This document shows, piece by piece, positions 10,861 to 23,021 of a stretch of DNA of 64,000 nucleotides. Within the stretch, counting starts at the first letter, position 1. Each line of letters opens with the position of its first letter. Origin of the DNA: Zootoca vivipara (taxonomy: Eukaryota); contig NC_083277.1 of the NCBI RefSeq assembly GCF_963506605.1, forward strand, positions 18,476,001 to 18,540,000, in the 5' to 3' direction. The notes under the pieces were generated by a model. That model worked only from the letters and a program-made list of their open reading frames with translations, was not told the DNA's origin and made no database searches. The position numbers and the translations under genes are program-made.

Positions 10861-13014
10861 TATCCAGAAGCTGGAGGAAGTAGCAAGCTAAATCCTGTGA
10901 AGGAGAGACGTGCTTGATTTCTGCTCATATCCAAGGCTGTGTTTATAGGTGAAGCAAGACCCTTTTGGGGTGCTAATGCTGTGAACACCTCCATTGTGGG
11001 CTCAAGTTGTATATATTTGTAAATAAACCATATATCATAAAGTCCCTGCAGTCTCCGCTGTCCCTCATTCCAGAGGAAACACAAACCCTACATAAGCACC
11101 AATACCGGGAATCTAACCCCGCTCGGATATTGAGGTGGCCTGAAGCAATATTTATCACCGGGTGTACTTACTGCGTTTCATTTTTCTATTGACTGTACAC
11201 TCCCAACTGCCTATCTACCTGTTTGCCTACAACTCAGGATAACACTTCATGTAGTCTCTAGTCTGCAAAAGCTTCAACATACGATATACTAGACTTGCTA
11301 GGTTCCCCTGCATGCTACAGACAAGCTTTCGGAGTTACGGGTTTGTTGCTGTTGGTGTTTTGAACCGTATTTGCCACCCTGAGCTGCTTGGAGTAAGGGA
11401 GGGTGCTGTGAGGCCAGAAACCCAATAGGGAATGCAGTAAAAGCAGCGCCAGGACCTTGAGATTACGAGTCTCTGCTGCTTACATGGCGGTGCAAACCCT
11501 CCTGCTCTCGGCGGCTCAGATTTCCCCGAATACATAGGAAGACGAGCTGTTGCTCCTTCTCAAAGGCTTCTGCTGCCTCCGCTTGCGTGAGGCATCTCTG
11601 GCAAGGCAGCAGCATTGTGAGGCGAGCACCTGCTGCCATGGCAACCAACACCGCTGAAGCGACAGGGACGGCTTGGCCTGTGCCAGAGTAGAGCCTGTTT
11701 GGAAGACTTCACCGTCTGCTTGGGTGAGGCAAGAGACACAGGCCTCCCATGCCCTCCCAGAAGGCTGGACCCGAGACCTGTGCCCTTAACGTTGCCCTAG
11801 AGATCTCAGCCTTATTGGACCCAGGTAAAGATGGCGCAAGCAGGCCCAGCTAACTTGACCCCCTCTTCCCACCTCCATCATTCCCCGCCGTGGACCCAGG
11901 CCAGGCCACGAGGTGTGGCCTCTCCTATTGCTCCGTTTTCTAGGGGTATGTGGGGTATTCGCACTCATGGCACTGGGAACTGTCCTCATTAATACCCCCT
12001 TATTCCAGTATTCCTCTTTGCAGGCTGCAGGTAAGACTGGGCTTCCCCCAGCAGGGAAAGAGGCAACTTTGGGACACAAGGGTGAACTGGTTGGATTTTG
12101 GGTCTGATCCAGACATAGGCAAATTCCGGCCCTCCAGATGTTTGGGACTACAGTTCCCATCATCCCTGACCACTGGTCCTGTTAGCTAGGGATGATGGGA
12201 ATTGTAGTCCAAAACATCTGGAGGGCCGGAGTTTGCCTATGCCTGGTCTGATCCATCGAAATCCACAAAACTAGTTTATTGTATATTCTTGTCTGATAAA
12301 TCTGCAGTGTGTGTTGCAAGCTCTGGAATATTGTGGGATTATGTAGCGGTAAAAGTGTCGGCCTAGGACGGGCCTAGGCAAACTCGGCCCTGTTTGGAGA
12401 CTACAATTCCCATCATCCCTGACCAATGGTCCTGTTACCTAGGAATGATAGGAGTTGTAGTCCCAAAACATCTGGAGGGCCGAGTTTGCCTAGGCCTGGA
12501 CTAGGAGCTTGGAGGCCGGAGGTGCTTGCCCTGCTTGTGGGAGGCCCATTGAAATTAATGGATATTATTAACTCAGGTACATTAATTTCAATGCATCTGC
12601 TCTGAGCAGGTGGGGAGAACCCAAGAGATGGCCAGGTCAGAGGCAGTAATGCTTCTGAATACCAGTTGATGGAAATCACAAGAGGGCTCTTTTGCTCAAG
12701 TCCTGCTTAGAGGTTTCCCCACAGGCGTATGGTTGGTCACTATGAGAACAAGATGCCGGCCTAGCCTGATCCACCAGGCTCTTCTTATGGCCTTATGAAA
12801 GATCAGGGCTAATAGCAATGAGGACCCAAGCAATACCATTGCCTTATCGTTTAAATGTGTGGAGCACATGGCAGGCAGAGGCAGATGCTTAAAGGACCTT
12901 GGACCAGTTTAATGGAACACACAAGATTTTAGAGCTCATGTTGCCACCTGCCAAAATTAAAATTCCATCCCAAATGTTTAAATCAGATGTACAGTAGTTT
13001 CATAGTTTTAGTTA

Positions 13015-13414
13015 CAGGTAGGTAGCCGGGTTGTTCTGACGTAGTCGAAACAAAATAAAAAAATTCCTTCCAGCAGAACCTTAGACACCAACTACGTTTG
13101 TCATGGGTATGAGCTTTCGTGTGCATGCACACTTCTTCAGATCCCCAGACGCTTATATGTAGTCGTGTTGGTCTGACGTAGTCGAAACGAAAAAATAAAA
13201 TAAAAATAAAAAATTCCTTCCAGCAGCACCTTAGAGACCAACTAAGTTTGTCATAGGTATGAGCTTTTGTGTGCATGCACACTTCTTCAGATCCCCAGAC
13301 GCATATATATATCCGTGTTGGTCTGACGTAGTCGAAACAAAATAAGAAAATTCCTTCCAGCAGCAACTTAGAGACCAACTAAGTTTGTCATTGGTATGAG
13401 CTTTCGTGTGCATG
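13015..13414 (-). repeat. Head-to-tail array (about 2.7 units of 137-150 bp) of a Penelope-type terminal-repeat sequence carrying hammerhead motifs
   Basis: ctgacgtagtcgaaac recurs at 13036, 13173 and 13323. Each unit has GTATGAGCTTT(C/T)GTGTGCATG...; the third is cut off by a MITE at about 13415. Confidence 0.85.
13104..13147 (-). ncRNA. Minimal type I hammerhead ribozyme motif, intact core
   Basis: Minus strand: UGGGGAU-CUGAAGA-A-GUGUGCAUGCACAC-GAAA-GC-UC-AUACCCA. Stem I has 6 of 7 pairs, stem II is palindromic, stem III is reduced to the AGCU palindrome. Confidence 0.7.
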
Positions 13415-14397
13415 TTTTTTTTTGGGGGGGGGGATGCAGGGGTACGCATACCCCTAAACATTTTGTGAATCTTTTGTCCATTTACTGTATTTATTTTCCC
13501 CAATTTGAAGTATAAAATGGTGATTTTCTTGAGTCAAAATGAGAGTACCCCTAAACATTTTTTAAAGAAAAAAAACCCCCACTGGTTTTAGTTGTTTACT
13601 CCCCAACCTCAAACCCAAATTTTGCTCTGTCTCAGATTCGGGTTCTAAGAATTTGCGATTTCCATCTCAAAATGTAAATATTCCACAACCACACAAACAC
13701 AGAAAGACACACATACTTAGAAGAAGCTCAGTTCCAAATTAGCATTTGCAAATGCTAAAATTTGGGACCAGAATTGGCAGGGGGTCAGGGGAGGATTTCA
13801 CAATTTTAGAAACGTTGAACTCTTTTAATCTCCAGCTGACACCTGGGACCGAGCTGGTGTTAGGTGTTTAGGACGGTGTTTTATGGTTCATAGTGACATT
13901 TGTAGCACTGGGCACCACTGCATTTAGGGATGGGTGAATCTGTCAATTTCAGTTTCTCTCAGTTGCTCATTTTTCCAATCTCATGTCCAGTTCTCCACAT
14001 GTCCACATCACTTTGCAGTTTGTTTGTTTCAAAAAAGTTACTTGCAAATCAGTGTTCCCTAACATAGTTCATTTTTGTATGTTCTTTTCACGAACATATG
14101 CATTTTTGTGTATTAATTACCCAACCATATGCATTTTTGTACACATTACTTATCTGGACTAACGGAAAATTCAGAGAAGTTGTGAATCTTGAAGGATAGC
14201 TATGTTTAGGTTTGCATATTGTTTCCCAAAGTGCACATTGGCAGGTACACCATTAAAAGAGAACTGAGTAAACTTTCTCTCCCATCCCTAAGTGCATTTT
14301 AACAGGTGACTAGATCCATTTCCCCTCCCTCTCATCTCAGAACACAATGGCATTTTTCACAGCCCCCCTCTTCACTTCGGCCTCACCACTTGGTAGC

Positions 14398-14842
14398 TAA
14401 TAATAATAATAATAATAGTAATAATAATAATAATATATTTATACCCCGCCCATCTGGGCGGCTTACAACAGAAAAATGAAATAAAATAATATATTAAACA
14501 TTAAAAGTCTCCCTAAACAGGGCTGCCTTCAGATGTCTTCTAAAAATCTGGTAGCTGTTTTTCTCTTTGACATCTGATGGGAGGGCGTTCCACAGGGCGG
14601 GCGCCACCGCCGAGAAGGCCCTCTGCCTGGTTCCCTACAACTTGGCTTCTTGCAACGAGGGAACCCCCAGAAGGCCCTCGGTACTGGACCTCAGTGTCCG
14701 GGCAGAACGTTGGGGGTGGAGACGCTCCTTCAGGTATACTGGACCGAGGCCATTTAGGGCTTTAAAGGTCAGCACCAACACTTTGAACTGTGCTCGGAAA
14801 CGTACTGGGAGCCAATATAGATCTTTCAAGACCGGTGTTATG
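14398..14842 (-). mobile_element. L2-clade LINE 3' end with (TAA)n tail
   Basis: LYWLPVRFRAQFKVLVLTFKALNGLGPVYLKERL. A related copy is at ~56890-57220 (+). Confidence 0.8.
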
Positions 14843-14951
14843 TGTTATTCTCTAACCATGGTGGCATCCTGTCCCATGAAATTGCAGCAGGATTGCAGCG
14901 TGATTTTTCCTCCTCTTCCTTGGCAGCAGCAACAGCCGCTCCGCCGCAGCC

Positions 14952-15506
14952 ATGGGCCCCCCTGCCCACTTGGTCACAGGCCTGGTAGGAGCTGAGAAAT
15001 GGCACAGGGACACCCATGCCACAGTTCACGACACCTCCAAGCTGACGCAGCGCTGCGCAAAGGATGCCCTCGACCTTTGGTGTCCACTCCGAGCCCCAGG
15101 CCAGCCTGAGGAAACACCGTACGAGAAAAAGGTCAAGATCGACTCTTGGAAATTCAAGATAGATGTCCATCCAACTGGAGAGGTGACAAGCAAGCCACCG
15201 GAGGGGCCGGGGGTGACCCTGTGGAGGAGCAAAATCAAACCCCCTCCTTGGGTGTGCAAGATGGCCTTGCCCTGCTGCCGCGACTACGCCACCCTCAAGA
15301 ACAACGAGTATGTGGCCCAGTACGTCAGGGAGACGCGGCTGGTGGTGAGCCGCCTACGACAGGCTCTCCTGGAGATCAACGACCAGTTCAAGATGATGCT
15401 GCGTTTGAGATTACAAGTGGACGCCACGCTGGATCAAATCCGCCAGGGCCTCGTTACCAACAAGCAGAGCCAAGCCATTCGGGAGCACCGACCGGAAGTA
15501 GAGAAG
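14952..15506 (+). CDS. CCDC105: Coiled-coil domain-containing 105 / tektin-like 1, coding exon 1
   Basis: gccATGg start. KPPEGPGVTLWRSKIKPPPW and GLVTNKQS..IR.HRP..EK match human CCDC105 (TEKTL1) as I recall it. Donor AAG|gtgaga. The seven exons sum to 1437 nt (478 aa). Confidence 0.92.
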
Positions 15507-16361
15507 GTGAGACCTGCATCTCAACCCTACAGTCAACCCATCCTACCACTTACAAAACAACCAATGCTATCAGTGGCTACTCATCCTGATGGCCATGCTC
15601 TCCCTCCACTGTTGGAGGCGATATGCTTGCTTATGCATGTCACTTGCTGTTGTGCCCGGGTCCTCCTTGTTCGTTTCCTAGAGGCATCTGGTTGGGCGCT
15701 GTGAGAACAGGGTGCCTGGCTAGATGATCCTGCAGGTCCTTTTTACGTTCTTAGTCGACTCGCCCTGCACGTTCCCAACCACTAGATCTCAAACAGCAAG
15801 TGTGCTCTTGCATGACATTTATTGAGTACCTGAGCCTAAGTTTTTATTTCTTCTGAACACCTTGCGGGGCTCTCTGATTCACCTTGCGCTCCCACCCAAA
15901 GCATATAGTGCTTGCTTCACTGTACAGTACAGAACATACTGTACTGCAAAGCAGGCAACACACACACATATACACACACTAGGGCTGGGCGATATCTGGT
16001 TTTCAACACTGTGATATGTCACCAGCTAAACATTGCAATACAGTGGTACCTTGGTTTAAGTACTCAATTCGTTCCGGGGAGCCATTCGGTCCCTGAAAAG
16101 TACTTAAACCGAGTGCCATTTCTGTGTGTGTGTGTGGAGTGCTTCTGCGCATGCACGCGCCACGCAGATCGCTTCTGCGCATGCGCACGCCGTGGAACCC
16201 AGAAGTAAACACTTCCGGGTCTGCAGAGTACTTAAACCAAAAGTACTCAAACTGGAACATTCTCAAACCGAGATATGACTGTATACCAAAATATCATGAT
16301 GTTTGAAATAAGGATGGAGCACTGACTGGCTTCACAGTTTTCCCTGCATCATGGCTTTTGC

Positions 16362-16365
<4 letters not shown>

Positions 16366-16417
<52 letters not shown>
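16366..16417. repeat. (AC)n microsatellite
   Basis: Perfect dinucleotide run. Others at ~10405-10440, ~47086-47115, ~55212-55264 and ~55751-55798. Confidence 0.95.
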
Positions 16418-16420
<3 letters not shown>

Positions 16421-16594
16421 GCTGGGCAAGGTATTGATACATTGCCCAAAATTGGTTTGACATCCACATCGTGGTAACGGTTTCATAATATTCAACATGG
16501 CGATATACAGCGAATCACGATGTATTCATGTGCTATGCAGTCTAGTTTGCAACCATTCACCCACCCAACCTTTGTTCCTCTCCCTGGTATGTAG

Positions 16595-16699
16595 GTACCT
16601 GACAAGGTAGATGCACTGATGAAATGGGAGAAGAATGAGTTTCTGAAACAGAAAGCCAAGCTGGAAGAGATGATGGCGATGTCAGAAGATCATATGAAG
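16595..16699 (+). CDS. CCDC105: CCDC105 exon 2
   Basis: tag|GTACCT...AAG|gtagga. VPDKVDALMKWEKNEF..., 105 nt. Confidence 0.9.
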
Positions 16700-16827
16700 G
16701 TAGGAAACAAGGCTGGGAATGAAGGCAGGGACAAGCCTCTACAATCTGTACAGGCAAGGGAGGCAGACCCGGTGGACACCAGCACAATTATTATTCTTAT
16801 TATTTTGTTGTTATTTATTGAATTTAT

Positions 16828-17434
16828 GCCTGTTGTCTTTGTCCATGGAGTTTTCTTGGCAGGGATACTGGAGTGGCTTGCCAGTTCCTTCTCCAGGTGG
16901 ATCATGTTTAGTCAAAACTCTCCACTATGACCTGTCCATCTTGGGTGGCCCTGCATGGCATAGCTCATAGCTTCTCTGAGTTATTCAAGCCCCTTCGCCA
17001 CGACAAGGCATTGATCCATGAAGGAAGTAAGAGCTGGACCATAAAGAAGGCTGATTGCCGAAGAATTGATGCTTTTGAAGTGTGGTGCTGGAGCAGACTC
17101 TTGAGAGTCCCATGGACTGCAAGAAGATCAAACCTATCAATTCTGAAGGAAATCAGCCCTGAGTGCTCACTGGAAGGACAGATCGGGAAGCTGAGGCTCC
17201 AATACTTTGGCCACCTCATGAGAAGAGAAGACTCCCTGAAAAAGACCCTAATGTTGGGAAAGATTGAGGGCACTAGAAGGGGACGACAGAGGACGAGATG
17301 GTTGGACAGTGTTCTCGAAGCTACGAACCTGAGTTTGACCAAACTGCGGGAGGCAGTGCAAGACAGGAGTGCCTGGCATGCTCTGGTCCATGGGGTCACA
17401 AAGAGTCGGACACGACTAAACAACTAAACAACAA
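16828..17434 (+). mobile_element. BovB/RTE LINE with inverted 5' segment
   Basis: 3' part (~17024-17434) encodes SWTIKKA..RRIDAFE.WCW...; 16828-~17023 is BovB 5'-region sequence in the opposite orientation. TSD ATTGAATTTAT at 16817-16827 and 17435-17445. Confidence 0.85.
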
Positions 17435-18206
17435 ATTGAATTTATATACTGCCCTATACCTGGAGGCCTCAGGGCGGTTCACAGAAAAGATCAACATATA
17501 AACCAAATATATATATAATCAAAATAAAAACAGCAACCCAATAACACCCCCCTGCATACACAGAAGGGTTTTGCACTCTAAAGTTATCCCCTCTAAAGGG
17601 AAGACAAAGGAAATGAAACACATTTTTAAAAAAATAATTCTTACTGATTTTTAGATAAACAAAATTTTAGAATGTTTTCAAAACATCTGGGGACACTTCC
17701 GTTTATTTGGTGTTAGTTGACACCCTTGATAAATATGAAAGCTTAGGATCGCCTCGCTTTTTTGTTATATTGCTATATTTTTTATTCTGCTTTTGGGGAC
17801 TTTTTGCTTTTCTTATAAAACAATTTTTAAAGCAGCAATACATGTACTGCTACACATCACAGAATCCTATGATCTCAGGAGGTGAGGTAGCTTTGTTACA
17901 TGTGCTGGGATTGGTAGTCCTGTGAGATTAAACTACAGTTCCCAGCATTCTTTGGGGGAAGCCATGTGCTTTAAATATATGGTGTGGCTGTGACCCCTTA
18001 TGCAGCCATTCAACACAATAACTGGATGGAATTGTCACTGCAGGAGGCAATTCTGAGAGGGAAGGAGTTGAATTATAGTTGCTGCTGGCGGTGGAGCTTT
18101 CTCCCTCCGCTGCACCTAAATGGCGTGGCTCAGATTTGGGGTTGGAGGGGCATGGACGGAATCTAGTTTCTTATCATGGTTTCTTCCACCCAACGACTTG
18201 TTGCAG

Positions 18207-18405
18207 GCACTGGGCACATGTCGGCAAACTCTGGAAATGCTGTCCAATGAACGGGGCCGTGTTCTGGACCTGATACCGCAACCTTTCCGCATGGTTCTCC
18301 TAGGGGCTGGGCGTGATTCCTGGCTTGGACTGAGCCGTCCCTCATCCCCCTGGGTGGAGCGTAACGAGACACCCGTCCCTAACCCCATTGCACCCTTCAC
18401 ACCAG
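18207..18405 (+). CDS. CCDC105: CCDC105 exon 3
   Basis: ttgcag|GCA...CCAG|gtaag. ALGTCRQTL...SWLGLSRP...PNPIAPFTP, 199 nt. Confidence 0.9.
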
Positions 18406-18761
18406 GTAAGGGGGAAATCCCTCCCCAGCTTCCATAAGGAAAATTATTTACAATTCATATCACTGTACTTGCCATTCATTCGTTGGGCAGGCTACATAAA
18501 AATGAGGGGCAGTGCTTGTCTCTGGTCCCTCAAGTATACCGTAATGGGTTGGCCTAGATTTGCATAGGCTTAACTTTGGTACTTTATAGCTCCAAGACAA
18601 AAACACAGAACTGAACTGGAAACTGACCTTAAAATAGATTATTTAAGGGGCAGGGGCAGAGAATAACCCACCGGCAAAGGGAGGTGACGAGCTAGGGTAT
18701 TATGCACCATTTAACAGAACCAACAAGCCAGATTTAAGAAGCTTCCCAATTTCCTTTCCAG

Positions 18762-18928
18762 AGTGTGCGGCAGCTCTAGAGGATGCCCGGCGCCTCACCT
18801 CCCTTACCAAGGTTGTGCTCCAACAGTTGCAAAAGGCCATCAATGAAGCGCAAGAGACCCGCAATACAGCCCACACCACCATTGAAAACAGCCTGCAGGG
18901 CAAGAGGGATGAGACTCTCTGTCATAAG
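18762..18928 (+). CDS. CCDC105: CCDC105 exon 4
   Basis: ttccag|AG...AAG|gtaaag. (E)CAAALEDARRL...SLQGKRDETLCHK, 167 nt, phase 1 to 0. Confidence 0.88.
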
Positions 18929-19544
18929 GTAAAGGGAGACCCAACATGCTGATAAATTGGCTGTGTTACACATGAAATTATTCTTGCATGTGTATACAGA
19001 ACCACATATTGACTTGAAACTCTGCCTTTTAACGCTAAGTCTCAGCCTCAGTGGATGCATCTGTGAAACTTGTTTATGCAGCGCTGCTCAAAGTCAACAA
19101 AGCTGTTCCCACCTTCTTGATTAAACATGCCTCTGCAACGCAGAATTTGGGCTACTGTACACACACACACACACACACATCTTGCACAGCAAAGTTACAA
19201 AATGTGGTGGTAGCCAGTAGCTCAGGTCCCAAGTAGAAGTGATAATGATCCATGTTATTAGACCTTGCATGCCGTGTCTTTTGAAAAACATAAATAGCAG
19301 GCATAGGGACCCCTGAGATGCGTCAGGACTGGCATGGGAGAAGTGGGTGGGCTTTCACCTCTACCACAGTCCCACTCAGAATACTGCTTTTGTTTTTTGT
19401 AGTGTTTAGTGGCATAATTCTCAAGTATGATCTAATTTAGTGGCATGTTCTCAAGTATGATCTATGATTCTATGAGTCTAATACGGTAGGCGAAACTTAA
19501 TAGTCGGAAATTCAACCCCTTTTCTAATTGCTCCTGCTCTTTGC

Positions 19545-19894
19545 ATAAACAGTAAATTGCAAGAACTCGGGCCAGAATGAAAATGGATTTCAAATAAATC
19601 TTCACAAGTTTTATTTGTGTGATGAGGAGTTCAAATAGGAGTCAATCCCAGTATTGAAGGCAAATAAAGATAAATTCCAGTAAAAATCAGGACAAGGCCC
19701 TGTTTCGACAATTTTTCGTCAGCTGGAATATTGAGAAATTAGAAATGAAGAATTGTATATACTGGGATTGACTCCTATTTGAACTCATCACACAAATGAA
19801 ACCTTGTGAAGATTTATTTGAAATCCATTTTTCTTCTGGCCTGAGTTCTTGCAATTTACTGTTTATTTCTGGACTTTACCAAGAACTCCAATTT
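19545..19894. mobile_element. Fold-back insertion with ~110-bp inverted repeats, Penelope-like
   Basis: 19545-~19654 is the reverse complement of ~19758-19866. Flanked by the direct repeat CTCCTGCTCTTTGCAT (19531-19546, 19895-19910). Confidence 0.65.
19688..19725 (-). ncRNA. Second-family minimal hammerhead motif in CCDC105 intron 4
   Basis: Minus strand: CAG-CUGACGA-AAAAUUGUC-GAAA-CAGGGCCUUG-UC-CUG. Stem III is near-palindromic; stem II is degenerate. Confidence 0.55.
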
Positions 19895-20003
19895 CTCCTG
19901 CTCTTTGCATGCCTGCACACGCATTCTCACCTTTTCACACCAACAGCACACTCATGTTTCCAAACAATCTGACTCAACATCTTCATTGCTTTCTCTTTGG
20001 TAG

Positions 20004-20099
20004 GAACGGCTTGACATTACTCTGGCAGGAACTCGCAGCACCCTGCATCGCTGCCAACGTTTCCAGCATGAGATGCGTGTTACCCGGGGCATGGCTTTG
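20004..20099 (+). CDS. CCDC105: CCDC105 exon 5
   Basis: ggtag|GAA...TTG|gtgagc. ERLDITLAGTRSTLHRCQRFQHEMRVTRGMAL, 96 nt. Confidence 0.9.
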
Positions 20100-20117
20100 G
20101 TGAGCAAGAAGAGCTGA

Positions 20118-20387
<270 letters not shown>

Positions 20388-21402
20388 TAGGGACAACGAT
20401 CAGACATTTGACTGCAATACAACTGCGGTGGAGAACTGGATCTGGCTGGTAGACCAGATCCTTATTCCCTGCACTCCCCCTGCCACATCTTCTACAGGCC
20501 AACTTCGGCTGATAGGCGAGTCTGCCCACCTGTCAGTTATCTGACAATGATGTCAGGTGACCTGTTTTCCTCTGCCTGTGTGGCTTGAAATAAAACCACT
20601 GCTGGCAAAGGGGCAGGGCTTTGGAAGTGCTGACAACGAGCTGATTGCTGATGCTTGCAAAAATTAGTTGACTCTCTCCCTAAAGCTAGAACCTTATGCC
20701 GGTAAAGTGGGTACAGGTTATAGGGATGGACAATTGCCTCTTGTTTGACTGGATGAAGGTGGGCATGTTTGTACCTCGATTTAAGAACAGTCTGGTTTAA
20801 GAACTATTTGGTTTACAAACTCCGCAAAACCGGAAATAGTGTCTTGGTTTGAGAACTTTACCTTGGTCTAAAAATGGAATCTGAACAGTGGGAGGGCACA
20901 GGCGGCGGGAGGCCTCATCAGGGAAAGCACGCCTCGGTTTAAGAACAGTTTTGGTTTAAGAACAGACTTCCGGAACTGATTAAGTTTGTAAACTGAGGTA
21001 CCACTGTATAGGCTCCGGAATTTCTGGAATGTAGTCTACTGTCGAACCCATTGCTCCCACCCACTTTTCTGCTTGGGTCCATCTCCCACTGGCATGCAGC
21101 CTCCAGAAAACTGCTTGAGGGAATGCAGTCCTTAAGACTAAAAAGGGTTCCCTGCCTGTGCTGCCTGTATAGGAATTGGGCTATTTCCACTATAGATGTC
21201 CACTCACAGGAAAATCCTACTGAGTTCAGTGGAACTTACTGCCCAGGTAAGTGAGTCTAGGACTGGAGGCAACAATGCTAAATTGAACTATCTGTACAAT
21301 GCAAACCCATCTTGTTGATGGGAAGCTGACAGGTAGGGTCATCTTCCCTAACTCCGGACGACCTGCTTACTTGTCTTTTTCTGCCTTTGTGTCTCTTTGT
21401 AG

Positions 21403-21603
21403 TCCACGCAACAGTTAGATCGCTCTATAGCAGAAACAGGGGAGAACATTAATCAGCTCAAAGCCACCCGACGTTACCTGCGCAGCTGCATTCATGACAA
21501 GCAGACGGGCTACCATGTGGATGGTAGTATTAAACGGCTGCGGCAGCGCCGCATGCTTCCACGCACTAACATGAATGAGGTTCTTGACTTGGTCTACACC
21601 TAA
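21403..21603 (+). CDS. CCDC105: CCDC105 last exon
   Basis: Pyrimidine tract plus tag|. STQQLDRSI...GYHVDGSIKRLRQRR...VYT*, TAA at 21601-21603. Confidence 0.88.
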   Translation, partial: STQQLDRSIAETGENINQLKATRRYLRSCIHDKQTGYHVDGSIKRLRQRRMLPRTNMNEVLDLVYT

Positions 21604-21635
21604 GGAGCAGAGCAAATGCCTGGAGAGATCATACA

Positions 21636-21641
21636 AATAAA
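21636..21641 (+). terminator. Polyadenylation signal of CCDC105
   Basis: AATAAA 32 nt after the stop codon. Confidence 0.6.
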
Positions 21642-23021
21642 GAGCTGAACATGCTAGAAAGGCCCAGTATAATTTCCTCCCAACTGGGGATGAGGGGAAA
21701 TATACGACAGGCTGCAGTCACACAATAGAGAATCTAATAATACAGCATTTTAAAGCTCAATCATTATATATACATATATAGAAAATGCAATTGCAAGTTT
21801 TTAGAGGGGAGCGTGATTTCATGAATGACAAGAATTAGTACTTTTCTATTTGAGAATCGAATCAGTAAATCCAAATCTGTCACTAATAAACTTTATGTGT
21901 TAAATATTAAATATACGGTCAATGCTGGAGCATCTTGTGTAAATGGAGTCTTTGAATTCTCTTCAGGAAAAAATCTCACCCCCACCAAGTACTTTACTTA
22001 GGTACTGGTATCAGTTTGGAAGTAGGAAGTAGGAAGAGACAAAGATCTGAGTGTACTGCTGAGAGGAGGGGCCCTGTTTTGCAAGTGAGCACTTTGCCAT
22101 GGGCCCCTTCAATAGATCAGGTTGGTTTTCTTTTAACAGTGGTCTGCAGTACGATTCCTCCAAGGGAAAGGAGTCCTCTTGTGAGAGGAACAGCATAATC
22201 TATTCACTATGAATACAGCAAAAGACAGAAACCAAATCTGTTAAGTCAGAGATGTGATGGTGGGGACAAATGTCAAGTATGCAACTACCTGGAACCGTAG
22301 TACCTCGGTTTGCGACCGCAATCCATTCCACGGAGGCGGTCGCTCGCCGAAGCGGTCGCTCCCCGAAGGCATGCTTCACTGCGTGTGCGAAGCGCCAATA
22401 GAGCGCTTCTGTGCACGCGTGAGCTGCACAGATCGCTTCTGCGCACGGGTGAGCTGCGCAGATTATGTCTGCGGTCTGCGCATCCGACGCCACGGAACCC
22501 GGATGTAAACACTTCCAGGTCCATGGCGGTCGCTCGCCAAAGCGGTTGCAAACAGAGGTAGGTGTAAACCGAGGTTTGACTGTAGCGGCTGATAAGAAGC
22601 AACAGTAGGTTTCACATGCATTTGTGCCAGGCAGCAGGATGGCAGTGTCCATCAGGGTGGTTGGGCGAATGCAATGAGACCGTCTGGCCATTGTAGGGCA
22701 TACCAGACTGGGCACAACCCGAATATGAGAAGGACACATTTCCCAAACAGCTCTGAAGTAAGGCTTTATTCAGATGGGGGTACATATGTATGGTAGCAGC
22801 AAGGGGAGCAGTTATGAATATATTCCAGCCACACATCTGGGCAGTATAATAAATGGAACTGTTTCAGCAGCTCTGAAATTGGTACTGGGGGTTTAATGGG
22901 TTGTTTTTATTTTGATTATATATTTTGTGGTTTCATATTTTGATTTTGTTCTGTGAACTGCCCTGAGACCTCTGGGTATAGGGCGGTGTGTGGTCAAAGC
23001 ATGGTCACTGAGCATGCCATG

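Noticed and set aside
10856-11092. Possible additional solo LTR (AATAAA at ~11022, ending ...CCTACA)
   Set aside because: The left boundary merges with CR1 sequence and the TSD is ambiguous, so I did not call it.
13171-13190. Plus-strand CTGACGTAGTCGAAAC as a second (ambisense) hammerhead core
   Set aside because: It reads CUGACGU rather than CUGANGA, and no stem III or UH site follows, only an A-rich tract.
13015-13414. CRISPR-like repeat array
   Set aside because: Whole units repeat with no unique spacers, the context is eukaryotic and there are no cas genes.
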